Shown here piece by piece: positions 1 through 58,617 of a stretch of 64,000 nucleotides of DNA. Where the stretch lies: the NCBI RefSeq assembly GCF_009914755.1, contig NC_060943.1; one strand, given 5' to 3'. The position numbers were made by a program, and so were the translations under genes. Source of the DNA: the human T2T-CHM13v2.0 reference genome, Homo sapiens. The number at the start of each line of letters is the position of its first letter. Position 1 is the stretch's first letter. Below the pieces are notes generated by a model, which had not been told where the DNA came from, made no database searches, and was given only the letters and a program-made list of their open reading frames with translations.

Positions 1-32
1 GATCAGGAATCAAAGGTTGAGGGGTTACTCAC

Positions 33-30575
<30,543 letters not shown>

Positions 30576-31813
30576 CCCGGCGGGGCCCACGGGCAAGGCG
30601 GGGAACCAGTCGGGGCGGCTGCGGGGCGCGGCGACTTCTCGGGCTCGGTGCAGTCACTCGCGGCGGCCGCTCCTCTCAGGGTCCGCGGGAAACTGCCCGA
30701 GACCCCGCCCTGGCCTCGCCCTGCGCTCCAGCGCCTGGCCAGGCGGGGCTTTTTGGAGGGGGAGCGCTGACAGCTGGACTGGGAAGTTGGGAAACTTTGT
30801 GCTGAGGGCTGATTGGCTGGCTGGGGTGGAGCCCAGCGCCAGGAGCTGGGTTGTTCCTGCCCCACCCCACTGTGGAGGAGAAGGGTCACTCCCACCCAGC
30901 CCTAGAGTTCGAGGGTTCCAGTCTTACCCCAAACCTTTTCCGCCTAGCAGATCCCCTCAAAGGAGACCTTAACCTCATTCAAGACTTCAGCCTCCATCCA
31001 GGCCCTAGAATTAGGAGGAGGTGCAGCTTTATACCAAATCTTTTTTATTTTCTATTATTTTTACATTTTATTTTGGAGACAGGGTCTTGATCTGTCACCC
31101 AAGCTGGAGTGCAGTGGTGCAATCATAGCTCACTGCAGCCTCCAACTCCTGCGTTCAAGCCATCCACCTGCCTCAGCCTCCTGAGAAGCAGGTACCACAG
31201 GCACACACTGCCACACCCAGCTAATTTTAAAATATGTATATTTTGTAGAGACCGGGATCTTGCTATGCTGCCCAGGCCGGTCTTGAACTTCTGGTCTCAA
31301 GCGATCCTCCGGCCTTGCCCTCCCAAAGCGCTGGAGTTACAGGCATGAGCCACCGCCCCTGGCACCAAGTCCTTTCTGCCTCACTCAGGCCCCCAACTGG
31401 GGTCCCAACCTCACCCCGAACTCTCACTCACCTACCTGCTTTATCCTCAGTCCCTCAGCTGCACAATAGGAGGTACCAGCCTCAGCCCCAAAGCCTTTCC
31501 TTCAAGTCCCTAACGGGTCCTCATCCCACCTCAAATCTCACCCCAGATCCCAAAATGGGGTCCCCAGCCTTACTCCAAACCTTCATCTGTCCACTCAAAT
31601 CCCTAAGTCACGTGTCCTGGTCCCAAATTCTCACCACAGATCCCAAAACACAGTTTTCACTTTCCCCAAATTCTTGATTCCTCAAATAAAGGGTCTCATC
31701 TCCATCCCTAACCCTCATCTCCCCCCGCCCCAACTCAGGTCTCCAGTGGATGCCCCGGCCTCAATCCCAAATCCCCACCAAATGAGGGAGTCTGAGCTGG
31801 GTGCGGTGGCTCA

Positions 31814-32077
<264 letters not shown>

Positions 32078-33687
32078 TCAAAAAAAAAGGCCGGCGCGTT
32101 GGTGGGAGGTGGTGGGAATCTGTCCCTGTCGCAAAGCAACGCACAGCCACTGGGGAGGAAGGGGTGGATTCTTGCCATTCTTGGGATGAGGCAGAGGCCC
32201 CCCTCACCGTGCTGGGACCCCCACCTCCAGCATGAAGAGGCCCCCATGAGGTCAAATAGAGCTTTTATGCAATTGGACAAGCGCAGACACGCAGGATGTG
32301 AGGGTGTTTCCCCAGGGAGGGGAGGAACCAAGAGGCGTATTCTGAGCCCTGAACTGCTCCCCGAACCCTGCTTCCCCCACCTCCGCCCCAGGGGAAGAGG
32401 GAGACGCAAGCAGTGCCTCCCTCCCAGCCTCTGACTCCCCAGACAAAGAGTCTCTGTGTCCCTGAAGAGGAGGGGTTGGGGCCCCATCAAGCCTGAGGGG
32501 GAGATGGGGGCCCCCCAGGGTGGGAGGAGGAGAGGGTATCTCTGTAAGCTGTGCCTCCTCCCACCCCAGGGACATCTGAGGCTGAGACTTCTCCAACTAA
32601 AAGACTCTCACAAAATTCCTGCCCTGCCCTGCCTTGCTGGAAGTTCTTCCTATAGTCTAACTACATCTTCTGACAGTTCTACACCCCTTCCCTCTATGAA
32701 ACACTTCTGGATCCACATTCTCTGTCTCCTTCTCTCACTCTCTCCCTTCAATCAGAGATTCTTCACCCAGAATACAGACACTAATTCCCCCCAACTTTCA
32801 CAGAAACTCTCCCCAGCCCTAAATAATTTATACTCGGCCAGGCTCAGTGGCTCATGCTTGTAATCCCAACACTTTGGGAGGCTGAGGCGGCTGGACCACT
32901 TGAGGTCAGGAGTTCAAGACCAGCCTGGCCAACATGGCGAAACCTCATCTCTACTAAAAATACAAAAATTAGCTGGGTGTGGTGGCACACGCCTGTAATC
33001 CCAGCTACTCAGGAGGCTGAGGCAGGAGAATCATTTTACCCTGGAAAGCTGAGGTTGTAGTGAGCCGAAATTGCACCACTGCACTCCAGCCTGGGTGACA
33101 AGAGCAAGACTCTGTCTCAAAATAATAATAATAATTTACAGTCATAATAAAAATTATAAATTAAGAAAACAGTTACAAATGGCCAAGGCAGGAGGATCAC
33201 TTGAGGCCAAGAGTTCGAGACCAATCTGGGCAACATAGCAAGATCCCATGTCTAAAAGAAAAAGAAATTTAAAAATTAGCTGGGCATGGTAGTGTGCGCC
33301 GGTAGCCCCAGCTACTCTGGAGGCTGAGATAGGAGGATCGCTTGAGGCTGTGGTGAGCTATGATGGTGCCACTGCACTCCAGCCTGAGTGACAGAGCAAG
33401 ATGCTGTCTCTTAAAAACAAACAAACAAAAACCAGTGATGTCTATAGTAGGTGCGGAGAAGAAATGTTTGGCAGATGAAGAAAATGAGGTGCAGAGAGGA
33501 TTTAAGAGATTCTCTCTTACTGCCTGTTCAGGGTCAGTCCAGAATTGAGGGTCTCCGGGGGAGGGCAGAGGCTTTGCCCTGCAGGGGATCTGTGGGAGGG
33601 GGTTAGGAGGGAGCAGATGAGCCCAGGATGAATGGTCAGAGTCAGGTGCTGCCCGGCGGAGGTCACGAGTCCAGGGAGGGGATCAAC

Positions 33688-41939
<8,252 letters not shown>

Positions 41940-42444
41940 GCAGAACAGAGCTTCACGATCCCCATCCCTGAACAACCAGACCTCTTCATTCCACATCTAA
42001 TTCAAAGGATGAACAGACTCTTCATTTATTCATTCTGCAAACTCCCCCTCCCCTCCTCTGTGCCTAGACATGGCTAGAATCCCAGAAGGGCCTTTATTTT
42101 CAGGCATAGACTCCTCTGTGGTCACAGCTGGAGCACAGAGAGGGACCCTGGGAACTTGGCCTGGGAAGCCCAGAGCAGGAAGCCACAGCTGTCTCTGGGA
42201 AAGCAAGGGAGGCTTCCTGGAGGAAGCGGCATTGTTATGAGCCTTGAAGGAAGAGACAGACTCTGCTACATTCAACCTCGTGACTTCATGATCCTGGGCC
42301 TGAGAACACAGGAATGATTCATAGCCCACCCCCCACCTCCATGCATACACCAGAGCTCTGTGGACCAAGGGGTCATTCCTGGTCACACACTCCATCAGCA
42401 AAATGTATTTGAGCACACACCAGCAATGTATGTATATTTTTTCC

Positions 42445-42497
42445 ATTAAATATATATTTATAACCACAAGTTGTAGTTACATTTACTATTTAATAAA
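42445..42497 (+). terminator. Candidate RDH8 polyadenylation signals
   Basis: ATTAAA at 42445-42450 and AATAAA at 42492-42497, about 0.5 kb after the stop codon in an AT-rich stretch. Confidence 0.6.
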
Positions 42498-42583
42498 GCT
42501 CAATTTCTTAAAATTAAATAAAAACTTAAAAAGCCAGTTGAACTACTGGCTCCAAAGAGAGAGAGAGAGAAAGCAAGCAAGCA

Positions 42584-47450
<4,867 letters not shown>

Positions 47451-47879
47451 GGCATATACCACTGTTTCTTGCTTGTCTCCACCCACTAAAATGTCAGCTC
47501 CATGGGCAGGGGACTGTTGTCTATTTGCTCTACCCACATCACCAGCACCGTGGAAACCAAAAAATGACTCAAGGAGTTAACCAAGCTGGCACATCCTGGC
47601 AGTACAGTCCACCCTGAGAAGCTCCTGACACCTCCTACCTGGACAAGACAGGGTACTTCTCTGACCCTCAGTTTCTTCATCTGTGAAATGGAACTTGCCA
47701 GGGAGAAAGTTATATTAAGGGCTGGAATGTAGTCGGGGTCTAATAAATTAGAGCCCTTAATAGTTATGTTGATGGTAGCCTTATTCCTTGGTCTCCTGGG
47801 TCCTGCCCGGCCTTCCCTGGGAAGCTCTGAGCTCAAAGCCCTGGAGGAGGGAGTAAAACCAGAGGCTGCATCTCTGCAA

Positions 47880-48150
47880 GGACACATCCCTGCAAGTCCA
47901 CCCCTCCCGCCCGCGCCTTCTCGGTGCAAACTCCCGATCCCAGGGAGGGGAAGGCGGGCGGAATCTGAGCGGCAGGCGCAGCTGCTCCGGGCGGGCGGCC
48001 AAGGTCCCCTCCCTCGAGCACTGGCATTCCTGAGGGAGGGGCCGAGCGCAGCTGCCCGCCTGGCCGGAGGCTCGCTTGCGCCCTCTGGTGTCCAAGTACG
48101 AGAGGCCACGTGGACTTGCGCACCAGCAGCCGGTCTGTTCTAGGCCACTG
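47880..48150. promoter_or_regulatory. Intergenic CpG-rich patch with a strong CTCF motif
   Basis: Minus strand 48076-48094 reads TGGACACCAGAGGGCGCAA, close to the CTCF consensus TGGCCACCAGGGGGCGCTA. CpGs are locally retained; E-box CACGTG at 48107-48112. Confidence 0.7.
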
Positions 48151-48346
48151 TCTGCAGCTCAGGTGGACCTGGGTGGAGCTAGGTCTACCCCCTACCTTTC
48201 TTGGGCTCCCTTTACCATCCGGGTTCACGAACTCAGCTTCCATCACTAAACTTGCTGTGTGACCCTGAGCAAGACACTCAACCTCCCTGTACCACAGTTT
48301 CTTAGCTGTGCAATTTGGGACAGGATCCTTTACCTTTTTAGTGCCA

Positions 48347-48351
48347 CTTTT

Positions 48352-48403
<52 letters not shown>

Positions 48404-48537
48404 TTCTCCTTTTTCTTTCTTTCTCTTTCTTCTTTCTTTTTCTTTCTTTCTTTCCTTCTTTCTCTTTCTTTTCATTCGTTTGTTCTTTCTCTTTCTTCTT
48501 TTCTTTTTCTTTTTCTCTTCTTTCTCTCTCTTCTTTC

Positions 48538-48569
<32 letters not shown>

Positions 48570-48572
48570 TTT
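48347..48572. repeat. (TTTC)n-rich microsatellite
   Basis: Directly visible; adjoins an Alu monomer. Confidence 0.9.
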
Positions 48573-48856
48573 CTGTTATAGAGATGGGGTCTCACTGTGT
48601 TGCCCAGGCTGGTCTCAAACTCCTGGGCTCAAGCAATCCTCCTGCTTTGGCCTCCCAAAATGCTGGGATTACAAGAGTAAGCCACCACCCTGGTTGCCTT
48701 CGTTTTTTCTTTTTCTTTCTTTCTTTCTTTTTTAATTTTTGGGACACAATCTCACTCGGTCGCCCAGGCCAGAGTGCAGTGGCAGGATTACTGTTCACTG
48801 TAGCCTTGACTCCTGTGCTCAAGCGATCCTCCCACCTCAACCCCCTGAGTAGTTGG

Positions 48857-49310
48857 TGTTATGCACGCGTCTAATTGAAGAGACACCCTGAACAGGCTAA
48901 GTGTGAGCAACAAGGCTGTTTACTCACTTTTCGGCTAAGTCCAAAAAGGGAATCAGCAAAGGGTGGTTGGAGTGGAACTGGTTTTATAGGTTTGGGGTAG
49001 GTAGTGGAAAGTTACAGTTAAGGGCAGTTTCTTCGGGCAGGGGAAGAATGTCACAAGGTGCATAGTCACGAGGTGGGAGGTCACAAGGCACGATATCACA
49101 AGGTTGATTGATTAGTTAGGGCAGGGCAGGAGCAGATCACAATGGTGGAATGTCACAAGGTTGGTTAATAAATTAAGGCAGGAACTAGCTGTTTCTTCTT
49201 TAGTGGTTCTCCTGTTGCTCCAGGCTTCGTGACTCCAGGGGGCCTGTACGTGTGGCTCACAGGGATCACAATGGCTGGACCATGGTGTAGCCTGTTCAGA
49301 GGACCTTACA
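48857..49310 (-). repeat. 3' LTR of the provirus
   Basis: TG...CA termini on the minus strand, preceded by polypurine tract AAAAAGACAGGAA (49311-49323). The poly(A) hexamer reads AGTAAA. Confidence 0.93.
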
Positions 49311-49516
49311 TTCCTGTCTTTTTATGTTTAATAATGAAAAATAAAATGAGAAAGAAATAAAACGAGAAAGAGTAGTGTAATGTTGGGATGTTGGGGTGAA
49401 AATTTTCGGGATGGTATGGAGGGGTGATGGATGATGTTTTGGGATGATGGGTAATGTTTCTCAGGACTGCTTCAAGCGGGTTTAGGGGCAGCATGGGAAC
49501 CTAAAGTTGGAGAGAT

Positions 49517-50811
49517 TAAACTGAAGAAAGATCTTGGTGTAGGGGGTGATATTGTGAGGTTTTAGGAGGAGTATTTGCCGTATTGATTGATTAGTAATAG
49601 CTTAGATGCAATTTTGTATAAACTGAGAGATTAGCCTGAAAAGACAAGGTCCGATCAAGAGGAGGAGAAGGATGAAAGGGCCTGTTAGTGGAAGGAGCCT
49701 TGAAGCTAGGCTAGAGAATGGCAAGGTAGGTCCAGAATAATTATTTGCCTGATTTGCAAGTTTTTGAGCTTTGTCTTTAAATTTTTTGATGTTATCATAT
49801 ACGAGGCCAGATTGATTTAAGTAAAAGCAGCATTCTTCATTTAAGAATAGGCAGAGTCCTCCTTTTTCAGCAGTAAGCAGATTGAGGCCTCGGCGATTGT
49901 GGAGGACAACTGCACCCAAGGAATCGACCTGGGCTTGGAGGGCAGAGAGTGTTTGAGTTATATCGGTAAGGCTAGCAGAGAAGTCTTTGGAGAGACTGAG
50001 AAAGGTAGTGATGTTGTAAGGCCTGCTACTCCTGTCCCGATTGAAGCGGCAGAGACTTCTAGTCCTACAAACGGAATTAATGGAATGACTTTTTTTTTGT
50101 CGTGCTGAGGTTAAGAGAGGAACGGGCAGCTATTCGCTACCATTTGCAAACTTGATTTTGGAAGTAAGGAAAACTAGAGTACGGGTTCCTGTCTGATTGG
50201 CAGGGAGGCACATGTAGGTGGAAAAGCCACAGAGAAAAAAGAGTCCTTGAGGCATGCAAAACTGGAAGTGCAGAGTAAAATGGTGAGAGTGTGTTTTGGA
50301 AGTGGGGTCCTGCACCCAGACCCCTAGGGATCCAGCAAGGGCAGCAGCTGTTAAAGGTTGTAGTGGGGTTTGATAGGGTAGTTGTGTAGAGGGAGAGGTT
50401 CTGTTTTCATGGAAGGGTAAAGGAACATAAGGAAGATGGGAGGCTCCCTAAGGGAATTCCAGTAGGTAATTGCTGGGAGACGTATAAGGGGGCAGCAATG
50501 GGGATAGTTTCTGTGTAGTGAGGGGTCCAAGAACAGGGGGTGTGGCATTGATATAGGCAGACAGCTTTTTTTAGGTAGGTACAGAGGAGAGTGGCAGCTT
50601 GTTGTTAAAACATGTCAGGGGAATTTTTACTGAATTTGTCTAGAAAGTAAAGAAGTTGTTCGGGAGGGCAAAGGTGGGGGTCATTGAAAGAGGTTCGGAG
50701 GTGTAGGGAGATGGGGGAGGTTGCCCAGTCAGCTGGTAGGGCAGGGACAGCTGTGTAGTAGGAGGAAGAGAGGGAAATGCATAGCCAACAATTTTTGGCC
50801 AAGGAAGGAAC
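49517..50811 (-). pseudogene. ERV env remnant (gamma-type SU/TM)
   Basis: CWLC (CXXC) motif; degenerate furin site ARQKK before fusion peptide VIPLIPFVGL; immunosuppressive domain LHNRRGLNLLTAEKGGL (49854-49904); CX6CC motif CLFLNEECC; hydrophobic TM segment; several stops and frameshifts. Confidence 0.9.
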
Positions 50812-51509
50812 AGGATGGAGGGGAGGACAATCTGATTAATAAGGCGAAGGTCTTGGACTAGTCTGTAGGATTTATCTGGCTTTTGAACAGGTAGGGTGGG
50901 AGAGTTGTAAGCGGAGTTGGTAGGAACTAAGAGGCCATGCTGTAGTAGACAGGTAATAACAGGCTTTAGGCCCCTTAATGCCTGTTGTGGGATGGGGTAT
51001 TGGCATTGAGCAGGATAAGGGTGGTTAGGTTTTAATGGGATGATAAGGGGTGAATGGACAGTTGCAAGGGAAGGAGCGGAAGTATCCTACACTTTAAGGT
51101 TGAGGTGGGGAGATGAAAGGGGAGGTTGCCAGGGAGGGTTGGAATTGGATAAAAGGGTAGCTATGAGATGTGGCTGTAGTCCAGGAATAGTCAGGGAGGC
51201 AGATAATTTAGTTAAAATACCTTGGCCTGATAAGGGGACTGGGCAGGTGGGGATAACCAGGAAGGAATGCCTGAAAGAGTGTTGCCCGATTTGACACCAG
51301 AGTTGGGGACTTTTAAGGGGTTTAGAAACTTGGCCGTCAATACCCACAACAGTTATGGGGGCAAGAGAAGCAGGCTCTTGAGAAGAAGGTAATGTGGAGT
51401 GGGTAGCCCCCATATCAATCAAAGGGACGGACTTACCCTCCACCGTAAGAGTTGCCCAAAACTCGGTGTCCATGATGGTCCAGGGGGCCTCCGAGACGTT
51501 CGGGCAGCG
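50812..51509 (-). pseudogene. ERV protease and N-terminal RT remnant; rest of pol deleted
   Basis: Degenerate aspartyl protease motif LIDMGAT, then RT N-terminus YNSPTLPVQKPDKSYRLVQDLRLINQIVLP. No YxDD, RNase H or integrase sequence follows. Confidence 0.85.
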
Positions 51510-53392
<1,883 letters not shown>

Positions 53393-53712
53393 GATAGAAG
53401 AGGGAAGATTGGATGGGAAAGAAAGAGACAAAGAATAGAGCAACCACAGGGATCTTCGGTGGGCATCCCGAATGGAAGTCCTGGGTTGTACGGCTGTGAC
53501 CAACGCTGGATTTCAGAAACACAGATAAAAGGAGGTTCCTTGTCTGAAAGAAAAAGAGAGAGAGACGAAGAGAGACTGAGGCAGCTTAATCGATCTGTAG
53601 GCAGGAGTGGGGTCATTTTGCAGGGGTGGGTCTGAAGTCCCAAGGTGGAAGGGAGTCTCTTCAAGGAAGAGTGCAGGGGAATGGGGGTAGGTGTCCCGGA
53701 GGAGATCCTCTA

Positions 53713-53731
53713 TCCCGGGCTTTCAGCACCA
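53713..53731 (-). promoter_or_regulatory. Retroviral primer-binding site, tRNA-Phe type
   Basis: Minus strand TGGTGCTGAAAGCCCGGGA versus the tRNA-Phe 3' complement TGGTGCCGAAACCCGGGA (one substitution, one insertion), 2 nt from the LTR end. Confidence 0.85.
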
Positions 53732-53733
53732 AA

Positions 53734-54180
53734 TGTTCTGCGCGCGTCTAATTGAAGAGGCACCCTGAACAGGCTAAGTGTGAGCAACAAGACTGTTTAT
53801 TCACTCGGATGCAAGCGGGCTGAGTCCGAAAAAAGAGTCAGTGAAGGGTGATTGGAGTGGAACTGGTTTTATAGGTTTGGGGTAGGGTAGTGGAAAGTTA
53901 CAGTTAGGGGCAGTTTTTTCGGGCAGGGGAAGAATGTCACAAGGTTTATAGCCACAAGGTGGGGGGAGGTCACAACGTCAATTGATTAGTTAGGGTAGGG
54001 CAGGAACATATCACAGTGGTGGAATGTTCCAAGGTCGGTTAATAAGTTAAGGCAGGAACTAGCTGTTTCTTTGGTGGTTCTCCTGTTGCTCCAGCCTTTG
54101 TGACCCCAGGAGGCTGTACATGTGGCTCACAGGGGTCACAATGGCTTGACCATGGCGTAGTCCGTTCAGAGGACCTTACG
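53734..54180 (-). repeat. 5' LTR of the provirus
   Basis: Direct repeat of 48857-49310. TATA box TATAAAA (minus) at 53867-53873, AATAAA (minus) at 53796-53801, followed directly by the PBS. Confidence 0.93.
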
Positions 54181-54316
54181 GTTGGGATTACAGTCACACA
54201 CACCACTATACCCAGCTAATTTTAAAAAAAACTTTTGTAGAGATAGGGTTGGCTATGTTGCCCAGGCTGGTCTCGATTTCCTGGTCTCAAGCAATCCTCC
54301 CGGCTCTGCCTCCCTA

Positions 54317-54580
<264 letters not shown>

Positions 54581-54854
54581 TTACCAAAAATACAAAAAAA
54601 TTAGCTGGGCATGGTGGTGCCTGCCTGTAGTCCTAGCTACTTGAGAGGCTGAGGTGGGAGGATCACTTGAGTCTAGGAAGTCAAGGCTGCAGTGAGCTAT
54701 ATGATTGTGCCACTGCACTCTAGCCTGGATGACAGAGGGAGACTGTCTCTAAAAACAAAAAATAAAAATAAAAATTTTAAAAATGGCTCAGATGGTTCTA
54801 CCTGGCAATTCCCACTGTGTAGATGGAGACACTGGTACTGGGAGACAGGGCTCA

Positions 54855-55355
<501 letters not shown>

Positions 55356-56739
55356 CTAGAACCTTCCAAATTAACTATAATTTGCTTCCCTGAGCCAGGC
55401 TTTAATTTGATTCTATTGAGTCTTTGCTCTCTAAAACATCAACTTAAAAGCATTAGCTGAAGACTCACTGCTCCTCAGCTGCCTGACATGGGGCAAATTG
55501 TTTAGCCTCTTGGGGCCTCAATCTCCTCATCTTTGCAATGGGTGAGAATTACTTCAGCATAGCTGCAAGATGACTTCTTCTTTTCTTCTTCTTCTTTTGA
55601 GGTAGGGTTACCCAGGCTGGAGTGCAGTGGTATAATCACAGCTCACTGCAGCCTTGACCTCCTGGGCTCAAGCAATCCTCCCACCTCAGCATCCTGAGTA
55701 GCTGGGACTACAGGTGTGCACTACCACACCTGGTTTTTTGTTTGTTTGTTCGTTCGTTTTGTAGGGGCAGAGTCTCACTATGTTGCCTGGGCTGGTCTCG
55801 AACTCCTGGCCTCAAACAATCCTCCCGCCTCAGCTTCCTACAGTGCCAGGATTACAGGCATGAGCTACCACTCCTGGCCCAGCTGCAAGACTTCTATCAG
55901 GGGACATAGAGCACATTGAACAGTGTCTGGCACCTAGTAGGTGCTTGACAAATGCCCAAGGAATAAATAACTAGATCCTACTCCTCCCTTTGCTTCTAAC
56001 ATCCTTGGTTTCAGCTCTCTACAAAGGCAGGATCTAGGAAATGGGCACACATTAAGCCCCAATTCATGGGAGACTATGAGATTTCAGTAGAAAATGCCCT
56101 TCGTAAGTAAGTTTGCAGTAAATGTCCACACCACACAGGAAGGGATTTTGTCTGTCATGTTCACTGCTGTGTCCCCAGCATGCTAAGTAGGGGCCAGGGT
56201 CAAAGTAAATGCTTGATGAATCTTTGCCGGATAAATGTATATTATCTGCTGGATGCAGTGGCTCATGCCTGTAATCCCAGTACTTTGGGAGGCTGAAGTG
56301 GGCGGATCATGAGGTCAGGCGTTTGAGACCAGCCTGGCCAACATGGTGAAACTGCGTCTCTACTAAAAATACAAAAAATTAGCCGGATGTGGTGGTGCAC
56401 GCCTGTAATCCCAGATACTCAGGAGGCTGTGGCGGGAGATGGCTTGAACCTGAGAGGCAAAGGTTGCAGTGAACCAAGATCGCACCACTGCACTACAGCC
56501 TGGGCAACAGAGTGAGATCCATCTTTAAAGAAAAAGAAAATTATATTATCATTTGATGGGGGGATCAGGGACCCTTCAATAGGCAAAATTTCCCAAGCTG
56601 GCTGAATTGACATCACTGTAGGGTGCAGATTCAAACAGACTCATCATCAAGCCCAACTGCTTCTTAGAGGCAGACACCACAAAGCCGTCTCAACATTCTC
56701 TTTAATAAGCCTGCTAAACATTGAGAATTATTTGAGGAC

Positions 56740-57869
<1,130 letters not shown>

Positions 57870-58557
57870 ATGGAAATGCCCTGGCCCCTAGGGTGGATTC
57901 TGCTTCTTTTGGGAAGCCCCCTCATCCACGCTGAGCCTCTGTGAGTCTGGGGAATGGAGGGGGCTCAGCCGGCTTCCTGCACATCTGATGTCTGCGTGAT
58001 TCCAGCTTATGACTCGTGTTCGGTGTCATTTTCCCTACTCAAGTCCCTTAATGCCCTTGTGTTAGTCTACTGGCAGGTACATCCTGGTGACCCCCCGAGT
58101 TCTGAGGGTTGGCAGTCCGGAGAGCATTCACATTCAGGCCCACTCAGACTCCAGACAGCCCCTCACAAGGACCCTCAAGGTGAACCTCACAGTGTGGGAC
58201 TTCCCCATGAGGAAGACAGTGTTGGCAAGGAGCCAGCTCATTCTCTCACCAGGAAACAACTTTATGGACCAGGCACCTGTGACGGTGGGTGACAGGCTGG
58301 AATGTGTGACCCCAAAGGGAGGCTACAGGTCAGCAATAAAGGTAGAAAGGGGCAGACTTTCTGTCCAGAGAGTAGATAAAGGGCCCAAAGTACTTACCAC
58401 TCCTCTAATATCCTGTGCATTTAGAAGCCAAAAGTCCCTAAGCCTGGGCTCCAGGAAGCCTCCACTAGCCCATTTGATGCCTCTCTGAGAACTATAAAAG
58501 GTGCCTTCTGTTGGTAGCTTGGGAAGATGAGCATGGACTTGATTTCGTCCTTCCTTT

Positions 58558-58617
58558 GGCTGGGTGCTCTTGTGCAGTGAGCAACCTACACAACTGCACA
58601 TGGCAACCTAGCTCCCA
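58558..58617 (+). ncRNA. MIR5589: microRNA 5589 precursor hairpin
   Basis: GGCTGGGTGCTCTTGTGCAGT pairs with ACTGCACATGGCAACCTAGCT, and the flanks CTTTGG/CCAAAG extend the stem. The sequence matches my recollection of hsa-mir-5589. Confidence 0.85.

Noticed and set aside
33495-33515. Possible CRX/OTX2 site in the RDH8 promoter (GGATTTAAGAGATT)
   Set aside because: Not an exact GGATTA/TAATCC match; cannot be supported without ChIP data.
47486-48246. 207-aa minus-strand ORF over the CpG patch
   Set aside because: No domain similarity; it runs through MIR/L2-like sequence and is better explained as a regulatory element.
49602-49919. 105-aa env TM ORF as a possible domesticated immunosuppressive protein
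   Set aside because: Starts at TTG, has no signal peptide, has upstream frameshifts and a premature stop, and the env leader is deleted.
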